From NCBI RefSeq assembly GCF_009914755.1, contig NC_060931.1: a stretch of DNA of 64,000 nucleotides; one strand, written 5' to 3'. The stretch is from the human T2T-CHM13v2.0 reference genome, Homo sapiens. Every line of letters begins with the position of its first letter. Positions within the stretch are counted from its first letter, which is position 1. The position numbers were made by a program, and so were the translations under genes. Shown here in pieces: positions 31,037 to 47,486 of this stretch. The notes under the pieces are model-generated. The model made no database searches. It had not been told where the DNA came from and saw only the letters and a list, made by a program, of their open reading frames with translations.

Positions 31037-31554
31037 TAAATGTAATGGAAAGAGGAGAATTGGAAAGGCAGAGAGAGAGAACTAGGATCCTGCATGAATG
31101 AATCAAGTTGAGTTGGAGAGAAACTGTATTTATAGGAAAGTTAAGGCTCTGAGTTTGGAGGCCAAGCAGGGTGGGGATGAGCAAAGCCATGAGAAGGAAA
31201 GAAGGGCTTCAAAAAACAGCTGCTCCTTCTTGATAGATGCAGAGAGGAATCAGGAAAGACCGGGGGCCATGCAGTGTTATTTGTAGCACTTGAATAGCTT
31301 GGCTCTTAGAGTTCCAAGACCTCCAGCTAGTGATCCAGAGATGCCATTAGAGGGCAAAAGCGCTCGCTGCTCCCTCATTTGTCACCAGGAAGACATGGTA
31401 TGGCCCTGGTCTTAAGGACAAATTAGTCAATTGCTTATTGTATATCACGAGATGAACGCTGGGAGAGAGGAAACGCAGGGTGTGTAGGAAGAGGGCAAAA
31501 CCGGCTACATCTGACCCACCCCAGAGATGAGGAAGGCTTCCAGGTGGGAGGTGA

Positions 31555-32814
<1,260 letters not shown>

Positions 32815-33450
32815 ACTTAGAAAACAATAAACAAATGGGGTAAAATGGTAGCACTGGGGAATGTCAGCGAAGGGTATAAAGGATGTCTTTGTACTATTCT
32901 TGCAGCGCTTCTGTGTCTGGAAAAATAATAATAAATATTACATATTTAATAACTAAATGAATGAAAAAGTGTGCAATGTTTTTGCAGATGTCAACCTTGG
33001 CAATGCAATAGGATCATCTCAGAAGCTCTGCATGAATATCAGTGCCCAGGCTCCAACCCAGAGATTCATAGTCAGTTAGCTGGGGGTGAAACTCCAGACA
33101 TCGGCATGTGTGAAACACACCCCAAGGTCATTCTAGTGTGAATCCAGAATAATAAGCAGCCAGCTTAGCCTTTAGTGTCATTGGGTGACAGGAAAGTTCT
33201 AGGCTGGGGACTTTCTGAGCCCCCCATGTCTGCTTGTTTTGAGATCTGATCTTGGGGGCAGCATGGTGACTCAAAACAGGAGCACAGTTGTGGGTCCAGT
33301 CTTGGTCCTTCCACTAATAAGATGGGAGACGTTGGGTCAGATCCCTTGCCTGTGCCAAGCCTGGGTTTTCTCAGCTGTAGAATGAGGTTAACCAGGAAGT
33401 GCCTCAGAGGCCAATGTGCATTCAAGGAAGAAGATGCCCAGCTCAGTAAC

Positions 33451-34114
<664 letters not shown>

Positions 34115-34547
34115 GTAATCCTTACACCCCCGGACCCCAAAATGGAGTTGCCACAAGATGGCAGTCTGAAATCCTTGTGATGTCCAGCTGGCAGAAAGGA
34201 ATTTGGATGAGTAGGGCTGGCCAACTTCTGGTATTGCTGGTGGGTCCTGTCATTGTGTGGGTGACTCCTTGCACCCCTGGCCCTTCATAGGACTGAAATC
34301 TGGGAGGGTTCTTGGGAAAGGGGCTAGAGAAAGCAAGAGGACACCAATTTTCTTCCAGGCAGTAGGAAGGCAAGCTGGAGAGGCCAAGCTCCCAAGTAAA
34401 CTGAGGCACCTCCACTGGCCCCTTTGTGAGGCACGCTTGACCTGGGTTTTATGGAAAGAAAGTGCCCTCACCAAAGGGTGCTAAACAAGGCCCCAGGCTC
34501 CACACTTGATCCCATGTGCCCCCCTCTGCCCTGCCCTAGACTCACCT

Positions 34548-34878
34548 AAAGCTGTACTGCCCAGAGTCATGGCCTCAGGCCACACGTGGCTACTGGGCAC
34601 TTGAGATGTGGCCATCTCAATTGAGATATGCTGTTAGTGTAAAATATACACTAGATTTCCAAGCCGTCATGAGCAAAAAAAAAAAAAAAGAACATAAAAT
34701 ATCTCATTAAGAATTTTTAAGTATTCATTAATGTTGAAATAAAAACATTTTGAATATATTGGTTAAATAAAGTTTACTAGGAGAATTCATTTCACCCCTT
34801 TTACTTTTTCTAATGTGGTGACTAAATTATTTAATATTACACATGTGGATTACATTATATTTCTATTGGACAGCTCTG
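34548..34878. mobile_element. MER33-like hAT DNA transposon
   Basis: CACGTGGCTACTGGGCACTTGAGATGTGG...ATATTTCTATTGGACAGC. Confidence 0.7.
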
Positions 34879-34945
34879 TTCTAAAGTCTGCACGTTGTCC
34901 TTTTGTGGCTTATTTCCTTGATAATTTTATTAAAATTAAATTGAC

Positions 34946-35250
34946 GGGCAAGGTGCAGTGACTCACACCTGTAATCTCAGCATTTTGGGAGGCCAAGGCA
35001 GGTGGATCACCTGAGGTCAGGAGTTCGAGACCAGCCTGGCCAACATGGTGAAATCCTGTCTCTACTTAAAAATACAAAAATTAGTGGGGCGTAGGGGGGC
35101 ATGACTATAATCCCAGCTACGCGGAGGCTGAGGTAGGAGAATCGCCTGAATCCTGGAGGCAGAAGTAGCAGTAAGCCGAGATCACGCCACTGCACTCCAG
35201 CCTGGGGGACAAGAGCGAAAATCCATCTCTAAATAAATAAATAAATAAAT
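34946..35250 (+). mobile_element. AluS
   Basis: Dimeric Alu, (TAAA)n tail. Confidence 0.9.
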
Positions 35251-35267
35251 AGAAAAACAAAATTGAG

Positions 35268-35577
35268 GGCCAGGCACGGTGGCTCATGCCTGTAATCCCA
35301 GCACTTTGGGAAGCCAAGGCAGGAGGGTGACTTGAGGTCAGAAGTTCGAGACCAGCCTGGCCAACGTGGTGAAATCCCATCTCTACTAAAAATACAAAAA
35401 TTAGCTGGGCTTTGTGGTGGGTGCCTGAAATTCCAGCTATTCCGGAGGCTGAGGCAGGAGAATCACTTGAACCCAGGAGGCGAGGTTGCAGTGAGCTGAG
35501 ATTGCACAAAGGCGCTCCAGCCTGGGCGACAGAGTGAGACCCTGTCTCAAAAAATAAAGAAAGAAATAAAAATAAAT
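35268..35577 (+). mobile_element. AluS
   Basis: Dimeric Alu directly after the previous one. Confidence 0.9.
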
Positions 35578-36077
35578 TGAGGAAGGATTGAGCATGCAAA
35601 ATAGAATCAGCCTTTGACCCTGAATACCCTGCAGTGAGAATTCCCCTGTGGTTCTCAGGCTTCTGTCATTCCAGCAAATACACTCTTCCCTCAGCTTCAC
35701 TAAAATGCAGATATTGTGAGATAATGCTCATTTCTCACAGCTTGCTTGAATAATAACAATGATCATTATAGTAATTTATAACTTAATAGTCAACATTGCC
35801 TTTTTAACCCAGTCTGTGAGACTGAATCGTAAACGTGACATTCTTTAAAGCTGTCAATTAATATACCAGACTGCATAAACTCTAATAACTTACCTTTCCA
35901 TGGAAAGAGAATATGTGGGTATTCTCTTTGAAGACAAATGGTGGAGAGTAGACTCTCATCCAAGACCCTCTGGCAGTAATGAGTTGCATTCCAGAAGGTT
36001 CCAGAAGGTTCTGTGGAAGGCTGCAGTTTGGGATTGGTTCTCAGGTGTCTGTCTAACTGCTTTCTAAGGATGAAGAC

Positions 36078-36444
<367 letters not shown>

Positions 36445-36980
36445 CTAACAGACCCCGGCAGTGCAGAGCCACGTGGGTCTTATCTGTCCTGTTGTCCACA
36501 GTCTGGTTTTATCTTAGACCTGGCCTGGTGCAATCCATGCTGCGTATAGGCACGCCACTTAAGTTTCCTGTTTGTAAAAAGCCCCTTTCATTCAGTGATT
36601 CCTCAGGGCTTTAGGGGAACTTTCTGGAAACCAGGAAGAAGGAAATAAAGGTTGTTTTACTGAGGATGGGTGACATTGGGTGCGGGACCCAAAAGAGTGG
36701 TTTGAGCAGAAAGTAGCCTCCACGCTGGACTAATGCTTGGCAACATTATGGGAAAATTTGAGGAAGCCGGGAGAGGAGGGGGCAGAGTTTCTTTCCCAGC
36801 CAGCCACGGGGGCCAGGCAGTTTTGGTCCTAGGATGTCTCTATGCATTCCCAAGTGATTGCAAGGCTTCTTCTTGTCATCGTCTGAGACTTGGATTCCCC
36901 AAGCGTCCTTCTTTTCCTGGAGTCTCTGAGTCCTCTATTCCTGAGGCCTTTCTTCAGCCCTCCCAATAGCCCTGCCATGA

Positions 36981-37103
<123 letters not shown>

Positions 37104-37193
37104 TAGGCCTCCCATCCTCAGCTGCTTTCTCTCCTGCTCACCACTGCCCTGGCCTCTCCCCTTCTCACTGCAGACCTGGGAACACACTCATCC

Positions 37194-37401
37194 AGGGGTT
37201 GGCATACTAAGGCAACCGGCCAGTCTCCTGCTTTGGTAAGTCAAGTTTCATTGGGACACAACACACTCATTGCCTTCTGAGTTGTCTACAGCCGCCTTTG
37301 AGCTACAATAGCAGAATCGTGTTTTGCAACAGAGAACCCGTGGCCTGCAAAGCCTGAAGTATTTACTCTCTGGCCCTTTAAGAAACGTTTGTGGACCCCT
37401 G
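37194..37401. mobile_element. MER58A-like DNA transposon
   Basis: CAGGGGTTGGC...TGGCCCTTTAAGAAACGTTTGTGGACCCCTG termini. Confidence 0.7.
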
Positions 37402-38493
37402 TGCTGTCTTACTCTCCTGCCAGTGGGTTCCCAGGCCTGTGGCAGGATCTGTGGACCTGTGGGTCCCCTGGGGTGTCTCACGGGGCTAAGGAGGGACCTT
37501 TGTGCAGATCCACACACCCTAAGGTGTGCCCCTGGGTAAGCTGCGGTGGTGTGGGAGGGCGTCCCTGCACCCTCATATTGAGTCCAGGGGATGATAAGAC
37601 AGTAAGTCCCACGGAGAAAAGGAATGAGTCAGTCTTGTTTGCTGTTGTAACCTTAGCACCCAGCAACAATATTAGAGAAAGGAAGCCCAGGCCTCGATGG
37701 CAGGGGTGGCCTGGTGCTGCTGATGTGGCCGGGCACCCCAACCTTTGGGAGCCTGCAGGCCTTGCCATGGCAGGAGAAGCCTGTCCTGGGTCCTGGGCCT
37801 GCTCTGTGGCCTCTCACAGGCTTTTTTCCTGCTCTTTCAGTTTAGAACCTGAGGAACCAGCCACGGAGCCGTCGGCCTTCATGGAGCGGGATGCTGGGAG
37901 CGGGCTGGTGATGTGTCTCTGCGAGTGGCCAGCCCTGCTGGTCAGCAGCACAGGCTGGACAGGTCTGCACGACCCCTGGAACACTTGGGCTTGGTGTGAC
38001 GGGCACCTGGCCAATCTGTATTCTCCTCACCCCTGCCAGTCCTGCATGCCCCCACCCTGCCACAGTCTCAATGAGAAGGGGAGGGCGTGTGAGCTGGAAG
38101 AGGGGTGTCTAGAAACAGGCCCCTGACATTCAATTCTCTTCTCATAGAGGACGAAGACTTCTCCATCCTGCTGGCAGCTTTAGAAAGTAGGGGTGTAGCT
38201 GTGGTGAGGAGCTCTGGGCTTGTCGGGGGCCACTGAGCTGTGAGCTGCTTGCCTGGCCTGCAGCATGTTCCTGTCCCGGGCCACTGGGTGGGGCAGCCTG
38301 GGGACAGCGGAGGTGGTGGAGGTGGGCTGCCCTGAATCCCCAGTTGGGTCATTGAGTGACCAGGCCCTCAGGCTGAAATGCCTCCTCCAGGAGAGTATCT
38401 CACAGAGGCTGGTGGCCTCCCCACAAGAGCAGTGCTCTTTCTCCAACTGACCAGGTGACTCTGGCTATTGTTTATTTAAAACTTTTTTTCTGA

Positions 38494-38782
<289 letters not shown>

Positions 38783-39163
38783 AATTCTATCAGAAATTCC
38801 ATGTAGAATTGTTTCTTTTTTTAAACACAGAGTTTGAGCAACTGACTCTTGATGGACACAACCTTCCTTCTCTCGTCTGTATAACAGGTACCGCCTGGGA
38901 CCCTGGGTGTCTGTTTGATTGGGGGATGGTGGAGGGGGAGGGGCACGCAGCCTTTACCCTGTGCTTCCCACGATCTTGTCTCCTTAATCTTCACTGCAGC
39001 TCTCTGCATAGGGTCTTATACTGCTTGACGTGGGGGAAACTGTGGCTCAGAGGATTTCACAGCAGGGCAGGGAGCCCAGATTAGAATCTGTAGATACCAA
39101 GCTTTCTACTTTTTCAGTAGTTTCCAAGCATCTTTTTGTTGTTGTTGTTACATCATTAGTGTC

Positions 39164-39559
<396 letters not shown>

Positions 39560-40690
39560 TGAGGAGGGAGAAAAGCGGAAGTGGTGTGGGAAGAGGCGGG
39601 GTCTGGGCCAGCTGCTGGTCCTGCTCTCCTCCCTCCTCTGGCCTCTAGGCTCCCAGGAGTGGTTTGGAGCCCGCGCCATGTGCTCTGGAGGCTGTGGCAG
39701 GGCAGGGGGAGTCCTCGTGTCCCCTGTGCACAACACAGACAAAAGGCTGGGTCCACCCAGTGGGGGGTCGGGTGCCAGGCCGGTGCTTACCCCGCCATGT
39801 TTGCAGCCCGAGGCCAGCTGGCTGCAAGTGCAGGGCTGTGCGTCAGGGGTCAGGGTGCACACACCCCTGCGGGTCTCGGGGCTCCTGGGATGCTTCCCGA
39901 AGGGCCCGGATGGGGCCTGACTGGAGCTGCCGAGGGGTGGAGCTTCTGGGAAAGGGATCCCTCCTAGCGGGGAGTGTCTTGGGCCTGGGGCCACTTGGTA
40001 GGGTCAGAGACGGGTCCATAGCAGTATCTGCTCTTCTCTGTGAAGGCAAAGGGCCTCTGACGGAGTATTACAGCTGCCTCATCCACCAGAAGCATTTCCA
40101 GCACATCCAGGTCAGCACCCCTTGGCTGGAGGCCGAGGACTAGCCCCTGCTTCTAGGTGAGAGGCCAGCAGGAGGCTCAGGGAGGAGGCGGGGCCTTAAG
40201 CAGCGGGAACAGAGGTGGGCGGGATGTACTTTTTCTGAAAAGGTGGCTCTGGAGGCCACTTGGGGACAGGACCTGGGCTCTGGCTGAACTCCCGGGAGGA
40301 GGCTACTTCCTGGTGTGCCAGCCCCTCCCTGCCAGGTGGCCCCAGAGGCCCTTTACCAAGGGGTTTGAGGAGGCCATGTCCTTTCAGCCTGCCACGCCCT
40401 CCATTCAGTCCTCTTCCTTCCTGCAGGAGGGCTGGGCCTGGGGTTGGGGCACTGTTGCCCAGGTGTGGGAGGGCAGTGGCTTTGGGAGGTACAGGGACGA
40501 TGTGTCAAACAGCGTCGCTTCTCCCAGTGAGATGGTTCTCCTTTGCCTCCGTCTCTTTCCCCGATTGATTTTTCCAAATGGGGAGTCGTGGCTTGGTCCT
40601 GATGCGTCTCTAGAGCTGCATCTTCCAGCTTCAAGTGAGCAGAGCAGTTGGAGGCTGAGGGCCTTTTCCTGGCAGGACTCTCCAGCTAGT

Positions 40691-40973
40691 CTTTGTTTTA
40701 GACAGTCTCGCTCCGTTGCCTAGGCTGGAGTGCACGATCTCAGTTCATGCAACCTCTGCATCCTGGGTTCAAGCGATTCTCCCACCTCAGCCTCCTGAGT
40801 AGATTACGGGATTACAGGAGCCCGCCACAACACCTGGCTTATTTTTGTATTTTTAGTAGAAACAGGGTTTCACCATGTTGGCCAGGCTGGTCTTGAACTC
40901 CTGACCTCAAGTGATCCTCCCGCCTTGGCCCCCCTAAATGCTGGGATTCCAGGCGTGACCCATCACGCCTGGC
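40691..40973 (-). mobile_element. AluS
   Basis: TSD CCAGCTAGTCTT. Confidence 0.88.
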
Positions 40974-41053
40974 CCCAGCTAGTCTTCAGAAATATTAAGC
41001 TGTTTCGCTTTGTTTTCACACTGACAGCTGGTTTGTGGTGGGTGTGCTGTGGT

Positions 41054-41480
41054 TTATTATTATTACTGTTATTATTATTATTATTATTTTGAGACAGAGT
41101 TTCGCTCTTGTAGCCCAGGCTGGAGTGCAATGGCACGATCTTGGCTCACTGCAACCTCTGCCTTCCAGGGTTCAAGCGATTATCCTGCCTCAGCCTCCTG
41201 AGTAGCTGGGATTACAGACAGCTGCCACGATGCTTCGCTAATTTTGTATTTTTTTTAGTAGAGATGGGGTTTCACCATGTTGGCCAGCCTGGTCTTGAAC
41301 TCCTGACCTCAGGTGATCTGCCCGCCTTGGGCTCCCAAAATGCTGGGATTACATGCGGGAGGTGAACCTGGGAGGTGGAGGTTGCAGTGAGCTGAGATTG
41401 TGCCACTGCACTCCAGCCTGGGTGACAGAGTGAGACTGTCTCAAAACAAAACAAAACAAAATGACAACAAAAAAAAAACA
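41054..41480. mobile_element. Fused head-to-head Alu pair (minus Alu plus 3' end of a plus Alu)
   Basis: Minus Alu ends at about 41355 lacking its head and joins a plus-strand right-arm end. Confidence 0.8.
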
Positions 41481-42018
41481 AATTGTGGTTAAGTAGAAAA
41501 AGTGTCAACTTACATTTTCAGATGTCCCAGCCAGGCCGTGTGGCTGCTTGGCCGGCTTAAGCCACTTGTGCTTGGTGCTGTCGGGTGCCTTATCCGATTT
41601 TCACTCCCCTCAGGGGATGTTGCCTCACTGTGCTGGGAGGATTTGTGTTCCCAGGGCAGAGACCAGTGCTCTGACCGCACCCCTCTTGCCTAGCAGGGTC
41701 GGTGGACCTGGGTGTCTGTCTGCACACGTTCTCCAGTGGCCTGGACCTGCCCATGAAGGTGGTGGACATGTTCGGGTGCTATTTGCCTGCGTGTGCCGTG
41801 AACTTCAAGTGGTAGGAGCAGAACCCGAATCTTTCTAGGGATAGCTTCACAGATCCACCGCTGAGGGGGAAGCAGTGCAGAGGGAGCTGCCCACAGTGAG
41901 GCCCTGCCCCTCGGTCAGTCCAGCACACACTGGAGGCCACGAGGAGGAGCCCTGCGGTTACTGTGGCTGGGCTGAGCCTCACTGAAGTAGTTGCTTCCAT
42001 TTAGAGCTCATGTTATAT

Positions 42019-42086
42019 TTAGGCTGGTACAAAAGTAATCACGGTTTTTGCCATTAAAGATGGCAATTACTTTTGCACCAACCTAA
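42019..42086. mobile_element. MADE1 MITE
   Basis: TTAGGCTGGTACAAAAGTAAT...ATTACTTTTGCACCAACCTAA palindrome. Confidence 0.85.
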
Positions 42087-44394
42087 TATGAAAAAAAAGC
42101 ATCTTAAATACTAGAACTCCACTCGGGGCTTTTGCTCCTGGAGTAGAATTGGCGGGAATTGCCTGCAGGCTTACATGGTCTTCTTTGTTTCTTTCTCTCC
42201 CACCATGTCCCTTTTGGCCAAGCTCACGTGGTGGGTTTGAATCAGTTGAATGAGTGTCATGCTGTGGCCTCACTCCACCCAGCATAGACGGGTGTTTGGA
42301 AGGGCACTGTTAGAGGAGATTCTAGAAGCAGTAGCCCCAGCACAAGCTGAGCCCTTGGCCCCTGCTCAGGAGCCGGCTCATGGATGGGATTCAGCGATGT
42401 GAGCCCCTCCTGTGAGCTGAGCTCAGGGAATGTCGGGATCAAATCTGGTGCCCTAGAAAAGTCATCTTTTATGTGCTGAGCCAGTCCCCAGGGTGTTCCC
42501 TTTACTTGTTCCATGGCCATGGAATTAAGAAAAACATGCAAAAATAATTCTTCAGTCCTTGAAGAGCATCCAGCACAGAAGGTACAAACCCCCCTTAAGG
42601 CTCCCTCCTCAAATCGGTTTGGCCACTTAGATGTGCACCCCCCCAGGCCTTTATACCCTTCAGATGCCAAATCTAAGAACGAGCTCCCGGAAACCACACC
42701 CCCTGTTCCAACCCCCAGCCTGGCTTGAGCATGGGGTTGGGGGGGTGGAGCCCAGGTGGGCACCCCAGGGGTCTGGTGTCTTCTCCAGGCAGCTCTCAGG
42801 CTCCCTTGGTTCTCTCTGCAGTTTAAATGAGCTGGTGAAACATGAAGAAAATGGCCTGGTCTTTGAGGACTCAGAGGAACTGGCAGCTCAGCTGCAGGTA
42901 GCCACATCTGCCACCACGCCAGGGTGGGGAGGGTTCTGGAGACTGGCTCCGAGCCACGCTCCCTGATCCCTTCTTCCCACAGCCAGGGTGGGACCATGTA
43001 GGGTCTGGCGGAAAAGCTAGGGAGAGAGCAGAGGTCACAGGCCGGCCCACTCTGCTGTCCCGTTTTGGTACAGTAGGCTCAGGAAAGTTAGGACACACCC
43101 CCACCTGCCCTCTGGATTTATGGAGCTGACACTCCACAAATGATGCTGGAGCCGGGTGGGCCAGGCTGCAGTTTAGGAAGTGATCAGGATCACGTAGGTG
43201 GGCGGGCAAAGGGAGCTTCTGGGACCAGCCTTGAAAGATGGGTGGAATTCTGCAAAGGTTACTTGTTTCTTATTGCTAAAAGTAATACACCATTCTTGCC
43301 AACAGAATGATTGGCAGGATTTTCAGTAAAGGTCCAGGTCGGAAGTCATTTAGACTGGGTCCCCCAGTCTCTGTCAGAACCATGGTACTGACATGTGGTG
43401 TGAAAGTAGCCACAGATCATCTGTCGATTAAGGGGTGTGGCTCTGTTCAAATAAAACTTTATTTACAAACACAGGCTGTGGGCTGGATTTGGCCTGCAGG
43501 CTGTAGTTTGTGATCCTTGATTCAGACAGTTTAGCAAGGCTGCAAAGAACACAGACACCCCCTTGTTACCCACAGATGGGTGGGACATGGCCAGAGGCCA
43601 AAAGGAGGGTGCTTGCAGGGGAACATACAGCATGTAGAGGCCGGGAGGTACTCCAGGGCACCAAGTGTGGGAAAGTGGGACACACGGGGAAGTTTCCAGA
43701 AAGCGTGATGTCAAGTTGGAGGCAGAGCGCTGCTGGGGTGTGAAGAGTCTCGAGTCCAAGTGAGGGAGTTAAGAACTTGGGAGGGGTTGTTGTTGGGTTG
43801 GGGACATGGGGTCAGCCAGGTGGTGACCTGGGATGGGGTGGGGACAGGAAATGAGTTAAGCTCTGCTCTTTATTTTTTTGCAGATGCTTTTCTCAAACTT
43901 TCCTGATCCTGCAGGCAAGCTAAACCAGTTCCGGAAGAACCTGCGGTAATCGCAGCAGCTCGGATGGGATGAGAGCTGGGTGCAGACTGTGCTCCCTTTG
44001 GTTATGGACACATAACTCCTGGGCCAGAGGCTAAAACCCCGGGACCCCTGCTGTCCTTCCCGCAGCTTCTTCTCGGAGTCTCAGGGCAAACCCTTTCGAG
44101 CAGCGCCTCCCAGTGGCCAGAAGGTGAAATGACGGCAGTGGTGCCGCCTGGTGAATGAATTGGTTCTGTGACCCGGGAAGCTGTGCTTGGTTCTGATTTC
44201 TTTTCTGGAGGCTCAGAAACACTTCCTCTCTTCTTCTGTTCTTCATGCCCCATGCCCCTGCTAGCGTATTACTGTTCTGTGACTTCTGCAGTACTCCTTA
44301 TCCTGCGTTTGGTCTCCAGGTGTCATCTTTCTGCCGTGTTCCTAACATTTTGATTCCTGTCTTGAAAAAAGCACCTGCTGCACCGTAAGCCCAG

Positions 44395-44550
44395 GGATGT
44401 GGCAGCTGCAGCGGGCTTGGCTTTGTGAAGAACCGAGTGTGTCCACGGATGTGGCAGCTGCAGCGGGCTTGGCTTTGTGAGGAACCGAGTGTGTTCAGGG
44501 ATGTGGCAGCTGCAGCGGGCTTGGCTTTGTGGGGAACAGAGTGTGTCCAC
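44395..44550. repeat. Minisatellite, 3 x 52 bp
   Basis: Unit GGATGTGGCAGCTGCAGCGGGCTTGGCTTTGTG...GAGTGTGTCCAC starting at 44395, 44447 and 44499. Confidence 0.95.
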
Positions 44551-45267
44551 GTTGGGGGAACATCATACTTGATACACACTTTTTATTTGCACAAAGAAAA
44601 TGCTGTTTTTGGAGCCAGAGTTTTCATGTCTGATTGATGGCGATTTTCTTCAGAACCAGAACTGCTGGCAGAAAGGGAGCACCCACACGCTTAGATAGCT
44701 GATGTCTTATTAGAGGGCAGTTTGTGGTTCCTGATTTGGAAATTAACATTCTCCAAACATTCCAGTCCAATGAAAGTTTTATCTGCTTTCCCATATAAAA
44801 ACTCTTCCCACAAGAGTGACTTGATTCTCACAATCCCGTTGGAGTCGTGTGTGAATCCTACAGTGTGAGGTTCAGCATTGCCATCTCCAAGTGCTCTTCG
44901 TAGGGAAATAGTTTCTGGTCATGACGAGGTTCCACTTCCCATCTGATCCTGGCCTGCCTGGAAACAGAGGACATGTGTTTCAGGATGGCAGAGTTTGGGG
45001 ACAGGACATGAGCGTATTGTGTGGGGCTGCTAGGACAGGCCTGGCGGGGTCGGGGGGTGTCCAAGTCAGTTTACTTGGTTCACAGGTTCCCAGGCCCACC
45101 CAGGTGCCTAGAATTGGCCTCCAGGATGGGACCAGAAATCTGGTTTTGCATAGAAATGGCTAGCAGCAGGCACCGTGCCGCTGTCCAGTCTCTGCCCGCG
45201 TCTGCCCCAGCACTTGGCACAGCGGGACAGACGCAGAGATCTGAACCCACATCTACCTGGCTGCTCA

Positions 45268-45644
<377 letters not shown>

Positions 45645-45705
45645 TTAGAAGGGGCTGGTGTTCTCATAAGCACAGATATCTGAAGAGCCGTTAGCCAGAA
45701 TGATT

Positions 45706-46238
45706 CTTTTTTTTTTTTTTTTTTTTGAGATACGATCTTGTTCTGTCACCCAGGCTGGAGTGCAGTGGCACAGTCATTGCTCACTACAGCCTCGACTCCT
45801 GGGCTCTAGCAATCCTCCCACTTCCTGAGTAGCTGGGATGACAGGTGCGTGCCACCATGCTAGTAATTTTTTTATTTTGTAGAGATGGGGTCCGGAATGC
45901 ATGGCCTCAAGTGATGCTCCTGCCTCAGCCTCTTTTATTATTATTTTTTAGACAGAGTTTTACTCTGTTCCCAAGGCTGGAGTGCAGTGGTGCAATCTCA
46001 GCTCACTGCAATGCATCCCAGGTTCAAGTGATTCTCCTGCCTCAGTCTCCCGAGTAGCTGGGATTATAGGCGTGCACCGCCAAGCCTGGCTAATTTTTGT
46101 GTTTTTAGTAGAGATGGGGTTTCACCGTGTTGGCCAGGCTGGTCTTGAACTCTTGACCTCAAGTGATCCGCTCACCTCAGCCTCCCAAAGCCTCAGCCTC
46201 TAACAGTGTTGGGATTACAGGCGTGAGACACTGTGTCC
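45706..46238 (-). mobile_element. Two adjacent reverse Alus (old partial plus AluS)
   Basis: Poly-T starts at about 45706 and 45934. Confidence 0.8.
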
Positions 46239-46373
46239 TGGGATGATTTTCAATCACAGTTTTTTGTTACGAGTGGAAAATGCATATTTATAAAAATGAA
46301 GTAGTACAGACATGAACGTGTAGAAGTCTCTATAATCCTGCCATCCAAGGATGGCACCTGTTAACGTGTATAT

Positions 46374-46560
46374 CAGGTATGTCCAATCTTTTGGTCTCCC
46401 TGCACCACATTGGAAGAAGAAGAATCGCCTTGGGCCACACATAAAATACACTAATGCTAGCAATAGCTGATGAGCTAAAAGAAAAAAAAATCACAAAAAA
46501 ACCTCGTACTGTTTTAAGAAAGTTTACAGATTTGTGTTGGGCCGCAGGTTGGACGAGCCT
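46374..46560. mobile_element. MER30-like DNA transposon
   Basis: GTCCAATCTTTTGG...CACATTGGAAGAAGAAGAAT...GGTTGGACGAGCCTG. Confidence 0.75.
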
Positions 46561-46777
46561 GCTATATATATATTCTAGGTTTTCCCCTATAGGTATACTT
46601 ATGTGAAAATGATTATTGTGATAATTTTATTTTGAGATGAAGTCTTGCTATGTTGCTCAAGGGGGCCACAAACTCCTGGGCTTAAGCCATCCTCCCGCCT
46701 CAGCCTCCTGAGTAGTTGGGAATATAGGTACTCATAACTATGTGTGGGTGATTATTATTATTTTTAAAACAAAAATG

Positions 46778-47085
46778 GGGCTGGGTGCAGTAGCTCATGC
46801 CTGTAATCCTAACACTTTGGGAGGCTGAGGCAGCAGATCGCTTGAGGTCAGGAGTTCAAGACCAGCCTGGCCAACATGGCGAAACCTCGACTCTACAAAA
46901 AATACAAAAATCAGCCAGGCGTGGTAGCACGCACCTGTAGTCCCAGCTGCTCAGGAGGCTGAGATGGGAGGATAGCTTGAACCTGGGAGGTGGGAGGTTG
47001 CAGTGGGCCGAGATGGCACCACTGCACTCCAGCCTGGGCAATACAAAGCCAGACTCTGTCTCAAAAAAAAAAAAAAAAAAAAAAG
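46778..47085 (+). mobile_element. Alu
   Basis: Dimeric Alu with long poly-A. Confidence 0.9.
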
Positions 47086-47185
47086 GTGGATTGGGGCTTA
47101 TACTATGTGTGCTGCTTGGCACTCTTTTTTTCACTTCAAAGATATTGCAGGTATTTTTTCACATAAGTATCTGAAGAAAGACTTC

Positions 47186-47486
47186 CTTTTTTTTTTTTTT
47201 TTTTTTTTTTTTGCATTTTTGAGACAGGGTCTTGCTCTGTTGCCCAGCCTAGAGTGCAGTCGTGAGATCAGGGCTCACTGCAGCCTCCACCTCCTGGGCT
47301 CAAGCCATCCTCCCACCTCAGCCTCCCAAGTAGTTGCGCAACCATGCCCGACTAGTTTCTGTACGTTTTGTGGAGATGGGGTCCCACTATGTTTTCCAGG
47401 TAGGTCTTGAACTCCTGGTGTCAAGAAGTCCCCCTGCCTTAGCCTCCTAAAGTGCTGGGATGACAGGCCCGAGCCTCGCACCCGGC
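47186..47486 (-). mobile_element. AluJ-like
   Basis: Diverged reverse Alu, tail-to-tail with the previous one. Confidence 0.85.

Noticed and set aside
37389-38126. 245-aa ORF as a novel gene
   Set aside because: ALG1 exon 7 embedded in GC-rich intron read-through
44395-44550. CRISPR-like array
   Set aside because: Contiguous tandem units without unique spacers; eukaryotic context with no cas genes
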